Assembly (NCBI GenBank): GCA_964016885.1
Contig: OZ024760.1
Location: forward strand, 26,908,001 to 26,972,000
Length of the DNA stretch: 64,000 nt
Direction of reading: 5' to 3'
DNA from: Eledone cirrhosa
Lineage: Eukaryota
The notes below the pieces were generated by a model. The model saw nothing but the letters and a program-made list of their open reading frames with translations. It did no database searches and had not been told where the DNA came from. Position numbers and translations under genes: made by a program. The number at the start of each line of letters is the position of its first letter. Positions within the stretch are counted from its first letter, which is position 1. Positions 38,976 through 52,819 of the stretch are shown here, piece after piece.

Positions 38976-39134
38976 TGTTGTCCAAGGGAAAGGCAATGGC
39001 TGATACAGCTTGGCACCAGAGACATCACAACTCATTTCTACAGCTGAGTAAACTGGAGCAACATTAAATAAAGTGTCTTGCTGAAGGACCCAATGTGGTG
39101 CCAGGTGGGTCTGGGAATTGTACTCATGGAAGGA

Positions 39135-39745
39135 AGTTGGGGGTGGAGGTAAAGTCAATTAAATCGACCCCAGTGAGTTCCTGGGTATTTATTTTATCGA
39201 TCCTGTAAGAATGAAAAGCAAAGTTGACCTCGGTGGAAATTGAACTCAGAACGTAAAGGGCCATAACTCTATGCTACAAAGCATGGTGTCTGACGCTCTA
39301 CCAATACTGCCAAACCCCAACCCTTGATAATAATAATAATAATAATAATGATAATAATAATAATAATTTCTGATTTAGGCTCAAGGTCAACCAACAATTT
39401 GGGGGTAGAAGGAAGTCGATCAAATCGACCCCAGAGCACTACTGGTACTTTATTTTATTGACCCCGGGATGAAAGGCAAAGCTAACCTCGGCAGGATTTC
39501 AACTCAGAATGTAAAGGGCCGTAACTCTCTTCTGCAAAGCATGTTGTCTGACGCTCTACCAATACTACCAATCGTATACACAAAATAATGATTTCTACTT
39601 TAGGCACAAGGCCAGGAATTTGAAGGGGAAGGGAAAGTTGATTAGATCAACCCCAGTGCATTACTGGTACTTTATTTTATTAATCCCATAAAGGGCTGTA
39701 ACTCTTTGCCATGAAGCTCAAGCTGTGTCCGATGCTCAACTGAGA
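39135..39745 (-). mobile_element. Three head-to-tail SINE family 2 copies
   Basis: Repeated ATCGACCCCAG..TGAAAGGCAAAG..GAACTCAGA..CCAATACTGCCAA. Confidence 0.75.
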
Positions 39746-40338
39746 TACTGAACATTAATTAGAAGCAGTTGCCCAAAATGGGAGGGACTTCAGTTTATGG
39801 TAATTCTAGAGAGAAAGCCACTCAAATCCCGGGATTTCTATATCACCTCATGGGGAACTGATTGAAGGTCGCCTTCTGTTAATTTTTGCCCTCCTTTAAT
39901 CAGTTTAAAAAAATCATTTGAACAATAATTTGCCTGTGATGAATTAAAAGGTCACCACATTTAATAGAGCAAAACATCTGAGGCACCCAACTTCAATTTA
40001 TATTTTAAATCACAAACACACAAACATATATATATATATATATATATGCATAACACATATATATATATATAAATAGAAAACATGAATGGAACAGCAACAT
40101 CACAACTTACAATTAAGGACAAAATGAAAACACACACACACACAGAACAAACAACCAACCAGTAACATGTAAATAAACAAACAAACAAACAAACAAACAA
40201 ACAAATAAATAAACAAATATAAACACACACAGACACCCGGATGTAACACATGCGCAAACTAAGCACACAACACACACAAAAACAAGATGGTGTAGGACAG
40301 AACAAAGGAGAGGCACAAAAACAAAGAAAAGAATCCCA

Positions 40339-40381
40339 GTCACTGAAGAGGTCACAGAATGTGTGACGAAAGAACTTTGAC
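40339..40381 (+). ncRNA. Minimal hammerhead (F7) in element at about 40070-40536
   Basis: GTCA-CTGAAGA-G-GTCACA gaatg TGTGAC-GAAA-GAAC-TT^TGAC. Confidence 0.75.
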
Positions 40382-41562
40382 AATATATGAACAACCGTCT
40401 GGTTGTGAAACCAACCAACCAACCGGAAATTTATAAATTCCTAAATTTATAAATTTAATTTATAATAAATTGAAGTGAAAGCAACTGGTGCGTGTGTTTC
40501 TTATTGGCAACATGACCCTCCCAAAGCATAACAATATATATATGACAAAGAAACTGTGGTAAGATACCAGGTGGACCATAAAGCACCAGAGTACTCAATA
40601 CTTAGGGTAGTAGAGTGGTTAGTAGGAAAAGTGCCAGGACCCCGATGGATGAGTTCCAGCCGTTTCGACAGCTAGATTCAGATCTAGCTGCCGAAACAGC
40701 CGGAGCTCAGCCGTCGGGGTCCTGACACTTTTGCTATTAACCACACTACTATATATGTATACATATATATGTATGCATTTATATATATATGTACTCTTTA
40801 ACCTGTTCCAGCCATCTGGCTGAGGCCATGCTAAGTCACATCATCACCTTCGGTTAACGTCCATTTTCCATGCTAGCATGGGTTAGACGGGAATTGTCCC
40901 ACTTGAGGCAAGATTGGTCGGGTGACCGTGTCTCGCTCATATAGGAATATCTGGCAGGTTTTCTACGGCTGGATGCCCTTCCCAACACCAACCACATTTA
41001 CAGTGTGGACACACATATATATATATATATATATACACATACACATATACATGTCCACACTGTAAATTTACACCAACCACATTTACATATATTTAAATAT
41101 ATATATGTATCTATATATATGTATATATATCATCATCATCATCGTCGTCGATTAACGTCTATCTTCCATGCTAGCATGGGTTTGTCACATTTAGAGGCAA
41201 GTTAAGTCAGGTGACCGTGTCTCACTCATATGGGAGTGTTTCTGGCTGGTTTCCTACGGCTGGATGCCCTTCATAATGCCAACCACATTGATAGTGTGGA
41301 GTGGGTGTTTTTTGCTGTGACTTTTACACGTCCACTTTACAGTGTGGGCTGGTTTTCTACAGATGGATGCTCTTCCTAGCACCAACCACATTTACCGAGT
41401 GTGCTGGGAGCTTTTTGTCGTGGCACCTATACACTTACCTAAATGATATATATGATATATATGTATATATATATAAGCATGTGTGCATATATATATATAT
41501 ATATATGTGTGTTTGTTTATATATATATATATAGTTATGTAATGAACAACATAAGGCAATTA

Positions 41563-41622
41563 TTCCATTTACCAGTGGTTTCTTAAAAGCAAAAGATTTT
41601 GCTTTCAATCATCAGAATGAAA
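41563..41622 (-). ncRNA. Type I hammerhead (F8)
   Basis: Reverse complement reads TTTCATT-CTGATGA-TTGAAAGCAAAA tc TTTTGCTTTTAA-GAAA-CCACTGG-TA^AATGGAA. Confidence 0.75.
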
Positions 41623-41739
41623 AAATCCTGGTCTGTTTATTGAATTTGGATTTTAAAAAACCTTTTTAAAAACCACACACATATATATAAAATAAAGTAA
41701 AATAAAAAGTCAAATGTTTAAAATTTAGCTTCGTTTATT

Positions 41740-41794
41740 ACTGCTATATATATTTCGGTGACAGCCATCTTTGGCTGTGACCTCTTCAGGCAGT
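41740..41794 (-). ncRNA. Hammerhead (F3), intact
   Basis: Reverse complement reads ACTGC-CTGAAGA-GGTCACAGCCA aaga TGGCTGTCACC-GAAA-TATATA-TA^GCAGT. Confidence 0.8.
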
Positions 41795-42208
41795 CCGAAT
41801 TAGTGTGGTATAGACAAGTACATATGTTGTTGAGGTGTATAATTTTGTCAATACTCTGATATGCCCAGTTCCTGGTTGGGTTGTTATTTCACTGAGGAAC
41901 TGGAATCATATATTTTGAGGCAGTAATTTAGGTGTCACAGAAACCTCCCACAATTTCCAGGAGGTCCAGGTAAATTCTTTTGTTAACCTGTTTAGCTTGC
42001 TTCGTTTTTTTGGCTCCGGTGGCTGATAGCTTGACAACCACCGTTTTCATTTTGTCTGGCTTCTATAACGTATATTAATTGCTCTGGTCTTCTTTTAGTA
42101 CATTGAGCACTTGCCGCATATCTCGAGGATTACATTTCGTTTTGTTTTTGGCCACCACCGAAATACGATCTCGCTGAAAGTATATTTGTATATATAAATA
42201 TATATTAG

Positions 42209-42420
42209 TGAAGGCACGTGGCTGGTTAGAGAACTGGATTCACAAACTTGAGATTCTGAGTTCGATTCCTGGACCAGGTGATGTGTTATGTCCTTGAGCA
42301 AGACACTTTATTTCACGTTGCTCTTTCTACCTGGAGTTGCGACCGATAGAGAGTATTAGCAATTGGAAAGACCAATGGAAACATTGTTTCCTCGGTTCGA
42401 TTTGATGAAAGTCGATCAAT
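42209..42420 (+). mobile_element. SINE family 3
   Basis: B box GAGTTCGATTCC, CORE-like part, tail GGAGTTGCGACCGATAGAG..GAAAGTCGATC. Confidence 0.8.
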
Positions 42421-42703
42421 ATATATATATAAAGTTATGTACATTTTTTCTTCTAACTTCGATTTTGTACCTAATTACGTGTAGTTAGCTATATGTCTAG
42501 TCAATTTCTACAGGCTAGAAGGAATATTAGGTAATATCATGTAGCAGTATGTCGTGGAAAAGAAGCTATATCAATTGTCTATTGATTCTTCATAAGTATA
42601 TTTTAAACTTATAGCCTCGTTTAAATGATTTTTTGTATGGTTGATTTATACTGATTGGGAGAGGAAATAATGTATATATTTTATCTAATGATTCTTTGGA
42701 CAT

Positions 42704-42739
<36 letters not shown>

Positions 42740-42759
42740 GAGGTTATATTTAATTTAAA

Positions 42760-43155
42760 AATTAAAAAAATGATATAAAGCACTCAACAGCTTAGTGGAG
42801 TAAATATACAATATATTAATAAATGGAAACTATATTTATAAAACCATATTTATTTTATTATACATATTTCAAGGGCAACCAAGGCAAATTATGGTGCGCT
42901 TTCATCAGATAAAATACAGATTTGTTTTATAAATAAATATTGACATACTCGGAAAAAAAGACAACCTTAACTATCCAGGAAGCTCCAACCGTTAAGGTTG
43001 TCTTTTTTTCCGGGTATGTCAATATTTATTTATAAAACAAATCTGTATTTTATCTGATGAAAGTGCACCATAATTTGCCTTGGTTGCCCTTGAACTATGT
43101 ATAATAAAATAAATATGGTTTTATAAATATAGTTTCCATTTATTAATATATTGTA
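42760..43155. mobile_element. Fold-back F1 element with hammerheads at 42851-42916 (minus, intact) and 43046-43111 (plus, GAAA>GAAC)
   Basis: About 165-bp inverted arms at 42805-42971/42991-43157; (TA)n flanks. Confidence 0.8.
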
Positions 43156-43558
43156 TATATATATATATATGTTTATATAAATATATATATATGTTTATAT
43201 ATATATGTATGTTTATATATGTACATATATGTTTATATTTTGTGCATAGTTGCATAATAAAAGCAGACAGTAAATGCTGTGCACTCTATTGCTGCATTAA
43301 GTATGGCAGAACCTGGAGTTTGGGTATAGATTGAAGGGACCCACTTACATGTGTTGTATTGAAGCAAATAACTATGTGTCTTCTCTGGGAGTTTACTTAA
43401 TATTACCTATTGAGTACAAGTTGTACAGTGTGGGCTGGGTGCATTTTGTCGTGACACCCACACAACCACTTTACATTGAGGGCTGGGTGCCTTTTGCACA
43501 AAACATACACACACACACATATATATATACATATATATCTATAAATATAACATCTAAA

Positions 43559-43590
<32 letters not shown>

Positions 43591-44041
43591 ATCATCATCA
43601 TCATCATCATCATCATCATTTTACATCCGTTTTTCGCTGCTTGCAAGGGTGGGACTATATATATATATATATATATACATGTATATATATATATACATGT
43701 ATATATATATATATATACATGTATATATATATATATATATATAACAAAGGAAGTGTAGTAAGGAAACAGATGGACTATAATGCACCAGAGTACTCAATAC
43801 TTAGGGTAGTAGAGTGGGTGATAGGAGAAAGTATGACCCCTGGGGTCATACTTTCTCCTATATATATATATATAGTCCCATCCTTGCAAGCAGGGAAAAG
43901 CGGATGTAAAATGATGATATCATCATCATCATCAGCACCGTTTTACATCAATGTTTCCATGCTAGCATGGGTTAGACAGGTTGTCCTGTTGTGGGCAATG
44001 CCAAATAGCGACTGACAGTTACATTTATATATATATATATA

Positions 44042-45222
44042 TCATCATCATCATCACCGTTTTACGTCTGTTCTTCCACGCTAGCATGGGTTAGATGGGT
44101 TGTCCTGTTGTGGGCAGTGTCTGGTCGGCTGACCATGCCTTGCTCATACGGGAACTGATTCTGGCTTGATTCCTACAGCTGGATGCCCTTCCTAACACCA
44201 ACCTCATTTACAGTGAGTGCTGGGTGCTTTTTTTCCGTGGTGCCTACACGTCCACTTTACAGTGTGGGCTGGGTGCTTTTTTTTGCCGTGGCACCTCCAC
44301 GACGACTTTGCAGTGGGAGGGTGTGGGGGCATATTGTCTATATGCATCAGCTTCGGCTTGTACCCGTGGGGGGTCGGGTCTTCTGCATCACTGTGACGCC
44401 AGAGGTCACGGTCGTGTGTCATTGCCTTTGAGAGGTGTAATTGGGTAAGGTCGGCTTTTATCACCTCATCCCAGGTCTTCTTGGGTCTCCCCACTCCACG
44501 GTTTCCATCGACTTGTAGTGCTCTGCACCTTTTTATGCAGCTGTCATCCTTCAAACGCATCACATGTCCATACCAATGCAACCGCCTCTCCTGCACACAG
44601 CATTTGATTCCTCTTATGCTCAGTCTCTCTCTCAATTCATTTATGATATGCCGTTCACATATATTACTATTACACATCCATCGGAGCATGCAGGCTTCGT
44701 TTCTTTCTAATCTACACAAGTCTTCCCCAGACAGCGCCCAGGTTTCACTACCATGTAACATTGCTGTTCGTATACACGCATCATACAGTCTGCCTTTCAT
44801 TTTGAGGGAAAAGCCTTTTGCAGCTAGAAGTGGCAGTAGCTCCCTGAACTTCTTCCATCCTGTTCTTACCCTAGTTATTGTACTTTCCGAACACCCACCT
44901 CTGCTGCTAATTCGTTCACCTAGGTAGCAGAAGCTGTCTACTGTTTCTACAGAGCCCTCCCAGAGTTTGGTGGTACTTGTTTCCTGTGGCTGTTTGCTGC
45001 TTGCTGTCCCAGCACAGCTGCTACATGTGAAGCCTACATTCTTAGTTAAGCTTCCTGAGATCTCGCTACATCTCTTGTGTACCCATTGTTTGCATTTGAG
45101 GCAGAGAATGGAGTTCCTTCCTTCACCTTTCCTACATACTGAGCAAGGCCATTTCCTTGTGGGGATCTGGGTTCTATTTTCTCGTCTACTTACAAGGACC
45201 TTAGTCTTTGTCAGGTTGACCC
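44042..45222 (-). mobile_element. RTE family B 3' part with PHD finger
   Basis: ORF 44204-45238; (CAT)n tail. Confidence 0.9.
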
Positions 45223-45244
45223 TAGTCCCTACTTCCAAGTTTGT

Positions 45245-45290
<46 letters not shown>

Positions 45291-45473
45291 GATACATATA
45301 TATATATATATATATATTAGTTTTAATATAGATGAGATTCTACAGGACTAGAACTGTTTCATTCTGTGGTTACCTCCGATTCAACCCGGAATAACGTATA
45401 TATATATATTATATATATATACAAACTATTTATAGATACATATATATATATATATATATATATTTATACATAC

Positions 45474-45505
<32 letters not shown>

Positions 45506-45507
45506 TT

Positions 45508-47550
45508 AAGGTAGTATAATAAGTAAGGCAATCAAAGATATGAAGACGGGTAAGGCGGCTGGGCCTTCGGAAATAGTTGCTGAAATGCTGAAAGCATCTG
45601 GAACGGTGGGACACACTATGGTCACCCGGATAGTAAACCAAGTCATACAGAATGGGATCGTTCCGAAGGACTGGCGTAGCATCATCATCATTAACTGCTA
45701 CAAGGATAAAGGTGTTGCCCTAGATAGGGGTAACTATAGAGCCATTAAATTAATTGACCAGGTCACGAAGGTCACAGAAAAAGTAATAGCGCAACTAATC
45801 AGAGCGAATTGATCTAGATGAAATGCAGTTCGGGTTTGTGTCACGTAAATGTACCACAGACGTTCTTTTCTTTGTACGACAACTACGGGAGAAGTACCTA
45901 GCTAAAAGTAAACCCCTATACTTAGCTTTTGTTGACTTGGAGAAAGCCTTTGACAGAGACCTCCGCTTCATTATCTGGTGGGCTCTTAGAAAACTAGGTG
46001 TTGATGAATGGCTTGTGAGAGCTATACAAGCCATGTATAAAGAAACAGTCAGCAAGGTTAGAATTAACAACGAATATAGTGAAGAGTTTAGCGTAAAAGT
46101 TGGTGTTCATAAGGGTTCTGTTCTTAGCCCCCTACTATTTATTATTGCCCTTCAGGCTATAACAAAGGAGTTCAAGACCGGCTGCCCATGGGAACTCCTA
46201 TACGCAGATGATCTAACGTTCATAGCTGAATCAATGGCTGAACTAGGGAAGAAATTCCAAACATGGAAGCATGGCCTAGAATCAAAAGGCCTTAAAATTA
46301 ACCTGTCTAAGACTAAAGTTCTAGTTTGTAGGAAGGAAAATAGGGCACCGGTCCCATCTGGGAAATGGCCATGCTCAGTGTGTAAGAAAGGAGTAGGCAG
46401 AAACTCCATTTTATGTCCAAAATGCAAAGTATGGGTGCATAAAAGATGTAGTGGGATCACAGGTAAGCTAACTAAGAATATAGATTTTATATGTGGCCGG
46501 TGCTCAGGTGCAATAAGTAGCAGCAAGTGCCCACAGGATACTAGCTCATTCCATTGCACAGATGGTTCTATAGAAATAGTGGACACCTTCCGTTACCTGG
46601 GTGACAAAATCAGCAGTGGTGGAGGGTGCTCTGAAAGTACAGTAGCTAGAGTCAGAACAGGATGGAAAAAGTTCAGAGAGCTTATACCACTATTGGCCGC
46701 TAAAGGGTTCTCTCTAAAAATGAAAGGCAGGCTGTATGATGCCTGCATACGAACAGCAATGCTACATGGCAGTGAGACTTGGGCATTGTGTGCAGAGGAT
46801 ATACGCAGACTGGAGAGAAACGAAGCTTGCATGCTCCGTTGGATGTGTAATAGTAATATACGTGAACGGCAAAGCATAAACGAACTAAGGAAGAAATTAG
46901 GAATAAGAGGGATCAGATGTTTACTAGAGAGAAGACTACGTTGGTATGGTCATGTGATGTGCATGAAAGACGACAGCTGTATAAAATAGTACAGGGCGAT
47001 AAAAATAGACGGTAGTCATGGAGTAGGCAGACCCAGAAAAACCTGGGACGACTTGATAAATTCCGACCTCACACACTTACACCTCTCCAAGACAATGTCA
47101 CTGGACCAAGATCTTTGGCGGTACTCAGTAATACAGAAGACCCGCCTTGCCTAAGTAAAAAGCGAAACCTACAGTCAGTAGGCACCTCTATCAAAAATAT
47201 ACCCCCGTCCCACTACCCCCACCCCATCCACACCACCCCCTTTCAATGTAAAGTTATGTTGGTACCACAACAGCCAGGTCGAAACAAATGAGGTCATGTA
47301 GGGGTCACGACAAAAAAAACACACAGTCCACGCTGTAATGTGGCCGTGTAGGGAACACGGTAGAAACCTCCCAGTCCACACTGTAAACGTGGTTGGTGTT
47401 AGGAAGGGCATCCAGCCGTAGAAAACCCGCCAGACAATCCTATGCGAGCAAGACAACCAATCTTGCCTCAAGTGGGAAAATTCCCGTCCAAACCCATGCA
47501 AGCGTAGAAGATGGACATTAAACGATGATGATGATGATGATGATGATGAT
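45508..47550 (+). mobile_element. RTE family A, RT through tail (frameshifted)
   Basis: ORFs 45540-45812 and 45823-46989 with YADD and PHD finger. Confidence 0.92.
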
Positions 47551-48405
47551 ATATATATATATATATTTATACATACATACAACATATATATATATTTATA
47601 CATTAAAATATATGATAAACACAAAACGTGTTTACATTGTAACAGACAAAGTTAGCTATTAATGAAATAAACTAATTAAAGTGAATACAATTTGTCTGTC
47701 TCGATATAAGTCAATAAAAACAAGCTTATATTGGCAAAGGCCGTGATTCCTGGACAAATCTAAATTTCAAAATCCAAACCCGCTCCGTAGATGAATTTGA
47801 ACCTCGAAACCTAAATATGTTTCGCAACGATGGTACATGAATTGAAAAATAAAGAGAATCGAAATGGAATTGAAATAAAAAGTGAAATACCCTTATACAT
47901 ACATATATATGTATATATGTATATATATATGTATGTTTAAATATGTATATGTATGTATAAATATATATATGTATGTATGTATGTATAAATATATATATAT
48001 GTATGTATAAATATATATATGTATGTAATGTATAAATATATATATATATATGTATGTTTGTATAAATATATGTATGTATAAATATATATATATATGTATA
48101 TAAGTTTGTATATATGTATGTATAAATATATATATATGTATTTATGTTTGTATTTATATATGTATGTATAAATCAACATCATTATCATCATTGTTTAACG
48201 TCTATCTTCCACGCTAGCATGGGTTCAGACGGGAATTTTCCCACTTAAAGGCAAGATTGGCTGTCTCACTCGTATAGGACTGTCTGGCAGGTTTTCTACG
48301 GATGGATGCCCTTCCTAACACCAACCACGTTTACAGCCACATTACAGTGTGGACTGTGTGTTTTTTTGTCGTGACATGTATGTATGTGTATATATATATA
48401 TATAT

Positions 48406-48439
<34 letters not shown>

Positions 48440-48486
48440 GTATATATCTATAAATCTATAAATCTAACTACCTCTCGCTACATATA

Positions 48487-48880
48487 TCATCATTCATCAT
48501 CATCATTTCATTTTACGTCCACTTTTCCCTGCTTGCAAGGGTGGGACGGGAACTGATTCTGGGTTGATTTCTACAGCTGGATGCCCTTCCTAACACCAAC
48601 CTCATTTACAGTGAGTGCTGGGTGCTTTTTTTTCCGTGGCACCTACACGTCCACTTTACAGTGTGGGCTGGGTGCTTTTTTGGCGTGGCACCTCCGCGAC
48701 CACTTTGCAGTGGAATGATATGGACCCCAGTCCTATCATCTCATTTCTACAGCTGAGTAAACTGGAGCAATGTGAAATAAAGTGTCTTGCTCAAGGAAAC
48801 AATACATCACCCGGTCTGAGAATTGAAATCACAACCTTTCGATTGCAAGGCCAATGCTCTAACCACTAAGCCATGTGCCT

Positions 48881-48882
<2 letters not shown>
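48487..48882 (-). mobile_element. SINE family 1 with two copies of the 49-bp motif
   Basis: Reverse-complement copy. Confidence 0.9.
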
Positions 48883-48978
<96 letters not shown>

Positions 48979-49008
48979 CTGTGTGTGTGTGTGTGTGTGT
49001 GTGCCTCC

Positions 49009-49042
<34 letters not shown>

Positions 49043-49052
49043 GTGTGTGCCT

Positions 49053-49105
<53 letters not shown>

Positions 49106-49317
49106 TGTACACATACTCAAACACCACAAACACATACACATACACACATGTACACACACTTCCATGCATCAAAACATTCCAGGTACATTCCTCTATGTCC
49201 AGTGTTTACTAGAGCAAATCATTTGATCACTCTATACCTAACTATATAAATACACACTCCAGTCTCTGGCTTCTTCTCTCAAATTAGGGGCACTCTACTG
49301 ATTTTGACAGCGTCTTA

Positions 49318-49425
<108 letters not shown>

Positions 49426-49487
49426 GTATATATGTATGTAAAAAGTAAGCAGAAATAACAACACAAGTAGTACATATATAAGCATAC

Positions 49488-49586
<99 letters not shown>

Positions 49587-49590
49587 CATC

Positions 49591-49669
<79 letters not shown>

Positions 49670-49731
49670 GTATATATGTATGTAAAAGCTAAGCAGAAAT
49701 AACAACACAAATAGTACATATATAAGCATAC

Positions 49732-49818
<87 letters not shown>

Positions 49819-49824
49819 AGCATT

Positions 49825-49888
<64 letters not shown>

Positions 49889-49994
49889 TATATTTATACA
49901 TATATTTACTCTATTTATGGTGATCCAGTAAGCTGTTTACTCAGGACTTACCCCTGTGTTGTTGATTCAATAGCCAGGGATATATATACACACT

Positions 49995-50040
<46 letters not shown>

Positions 50041-50451
50041 AAACTTGGACCACTTCTTCCATTCTTGCATCATTGCATCCAAGAAAAGAATTCCATACAT
50101 CTGTCGATCTATCTAAATCTGTATTGGTGGAACTTATTCCATTACCACCCATCTATATCTATTTTAAAGGTGTGAGCTATCCATCCAAATTTGTACCCAA
50201 GGGCCTCGTTCAGTTTCTATCTATTCACGACTGTATCCAAAGAGAGAAACAAGTACCATCCATCCATGGGAATGTTTAGTCCGAACAACAAGTTTCATTC
50301 GTTTTCACCGATTCAGTAATTTCTACATGGGCCATACTTCCCACACAACCGTAAGTTAATTCAGTAATTCACATAGTTTTCTAATTCTTTTTAATTCCAT
50401 AATGTTTTATTGTCATATATTTGTGTATATGTATATGTAAAGGTATATATT

Positions 50452-50872
50452 GCTTAGTGGTTAGAGCATTGGGCTTGCAATCGAAAGTTTGGGAGTTCAA
50501 TTCTCAGACCGGGTGATGTGTGGTTTCCTTGAGCAAGACACTTTATTTCACATTGCTCCAGTTTACTCATCTGTAGAAATGAGATGATAGGACTGGGGTC
50601 CCTATCATTCCACTGCAAAGTGGTGATGGAGAAGCACCCAGCCCACACTGTAAAGTGGACGTGTAGGCGCCACGGAAAAAAAGCACCCAGCACTCACTGT
50701 AAATGAGGTTGGTGTTAAGAAGGGCATCCAGCTGTAGAAATCAAGCCAGAATCAGTTCCCGTATGAGCAAGACAAGGTCAGCCAACCGGACACTGCCCAC
50801 AACAGGACAACCCGTCTAACCCATGCTAGTGTGGAAGAACGGACGTAAAACGATGATGATGATAATGATGAT
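50452..50872 (+). mobile_element. SINE family 1 variant with RTE-B-type tail
   Basis: After CAGTTCCCGT it continues ATGAGCAAG..CCCGTCTAACCCATGCTAG, as in RTE-B. Confidence 0.85.
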
Positions 50873-50881
50873 AGGTATATA

Positions 50882-51595
50882 TCATCATCATCATCATTTT
50901 ACGTCTGCTTTTCCCTGCTTGCAGGGGTTGGACGGGTCCTATTCAGCACAGCATCTCTCCACTTGTCACGGTCCTTCGTCATCTCCTCGATGAGTTTCAG
51001 CTATCTGAGGTCTGCTCTCCCCACCTCCGCCCATGTTTTTTCGTGGTCTTCCTCCTGCTGGGATTTCTTGGCACTTCTTTACTCAGCATTCATCCTCCAT
51101 GCGTATCACATGTCCATACCATCTCAGTCTCCTCTCCCGCACACCACAACTTATCTCTCTTATACCCAGTTTCCTTCTCAACACATCACATGTCCATACC
51201 ATCTCAGTCTCCTCTCCTACACACCACAACTTATCTCTCTTATACCCAGTTTCCTTCTCAACACATCACATGTCCATACCATCTTAGCCTTCTCTCCTAC
51301 ACACCACAACTTATCTCTCTTATACCCAGTTTCCTTCTCAACACATCACATGTCCATACCATCTCAGTCTCCTTTCCCGCACACCACAACTTATCTCTCT
51401 TATACCCAGTTTCCTTCTCAACACATCACATGTCCATACCATCTCAGTCTCCTCTCCCGCACACCACAACTTATCTCTCTTATACCCAGTTTCTTTCTCA
51501 ACTCGTCTATGCTTGGTCGTTCACGCACATTGACATTGCACATCCAACGGAGCATGCTTGCTTCATTTCTCTCCAGCCGTCAGATATCCTCTGCG
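50882..51595 (-). mobile_element. RTE family C 3' fragment with five 80-bp tandem units (51105-51502)
   Basis: GRPRK..W..DRDKWRDAVLNRTRPTPASREKQT* directly followed by (ATG)n. Confidence 0.8.
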
Positions 51596-52036
51596 TGTGT
51601 GTATATGATAATGATATATGTATATACACACAAATATATAAGTATGTATACGTACATACATATATGTATACAGACATACAGTCGTATGTATATGCATACA
51701 TACATGCACACATATATATATGTACATATGAACATTTATTATAATGCTCAGTTTGTTTGTAAACCCATACGTACATATATATATGTGTGCATGTATGTAT
51801 GTATATACATACTACTGTATGTCTGCATACATATATGTATGTACGTATACATACTTATATTTAAGTATCAGCTGTACTAAGAGTGGGAAATGAAATTTCA
51901 TTTTTTCCATTTATCGTTTTCCGTATTACTCGGCTGACCAACTCACTCGATATGCAAATTAGGCTGCTCAGTTGTTAATATGCATAAGGAAAGTATATAC
52001 TTTCAAACATTCAATCAACTGACAGGAAGGTATGCA

Positions 52037-52073
52037 GTGCTGATGACAGCTAATAAGCTAGAAACTAGTTCAT
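52037..52073 (+). ncRNA. Minimal hammerhead (F9) in a direct/inverted-repeat element (51730-52337)
   Basis: GTG-CTGATGA-C-AGCT aata AGCT-A-GAAA-CTAG-TT^CAT; distal stem ACTGACA/TGTCAGT. Confidence 0.7.
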
Positions 52074-52432
52074 CGTTCCTTTGTCAGTGTTGAACAAAAG
52101 GGCAACGGTGGTTGCCGAAGACTGGATGGCTAATAATTCAGGCTGTTTATTTACAAACAAACCAAGCATTATAATAAATGTTCGGTAAAACCCATACTTA
52201 CATATATATATATATATGTGTGCATATATGTATGTACATACTACTGTATGTCTGTATACATATATGTATGTACGTTTACATACTTACATTTAAGTATCAG
52301 CCATACTAAGAGTGAGAAATGAATTTCATTTTTTCCACACAAATATATATATATATATATATGTGTCTATATATATATGTGTCTATATATATATGAGTCT
52401 ATATATATGTGTCTATATATATATGTATATAT

Positions 52433-52765
52433 ATCATCATCATCATCATTTTACGTCCGCTTTTCCCTGCATGCAAGGGTGGGACAGGAACTGATTCTGG
52501 CTTGATTTCTACAGCTGGATGCCCTTCCTAACACCAACCTCATTTACAGTGAGTGCTGGGTGCTTTTTTTCTGTGGTGCCTACACGTCCACTTTGCAGTG
52601 GAATGATATGGACCCCAGTCCTATCATCTCATTTCTACAGCTGAGTAAACTGGAGCAATGTGAAATAAAGTGTCTTGCTCAAGGAAACAATACATCACCC
52701 GGTCTGAGAATTGAACTCACAACCTTTCAATTGCAAGCCCAATGCTCTAACCACTAATCCATGTG

Positions 52766-52769
<4 letters not shown>
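52433..52769 (-). mobile_element. SINE family 1
   Basis: Reverse-complement copy. Confidence 0.9.

Positions 52770-52816
<47 letters not shown>

Positions 52817-52819
<3 letters not shown>

Noticed and set aside
50041-50420. Unique-looking segment as an exon
   Set aside because: Stops in the plausible frames and no recognisable domain or convincing splice-site pair.
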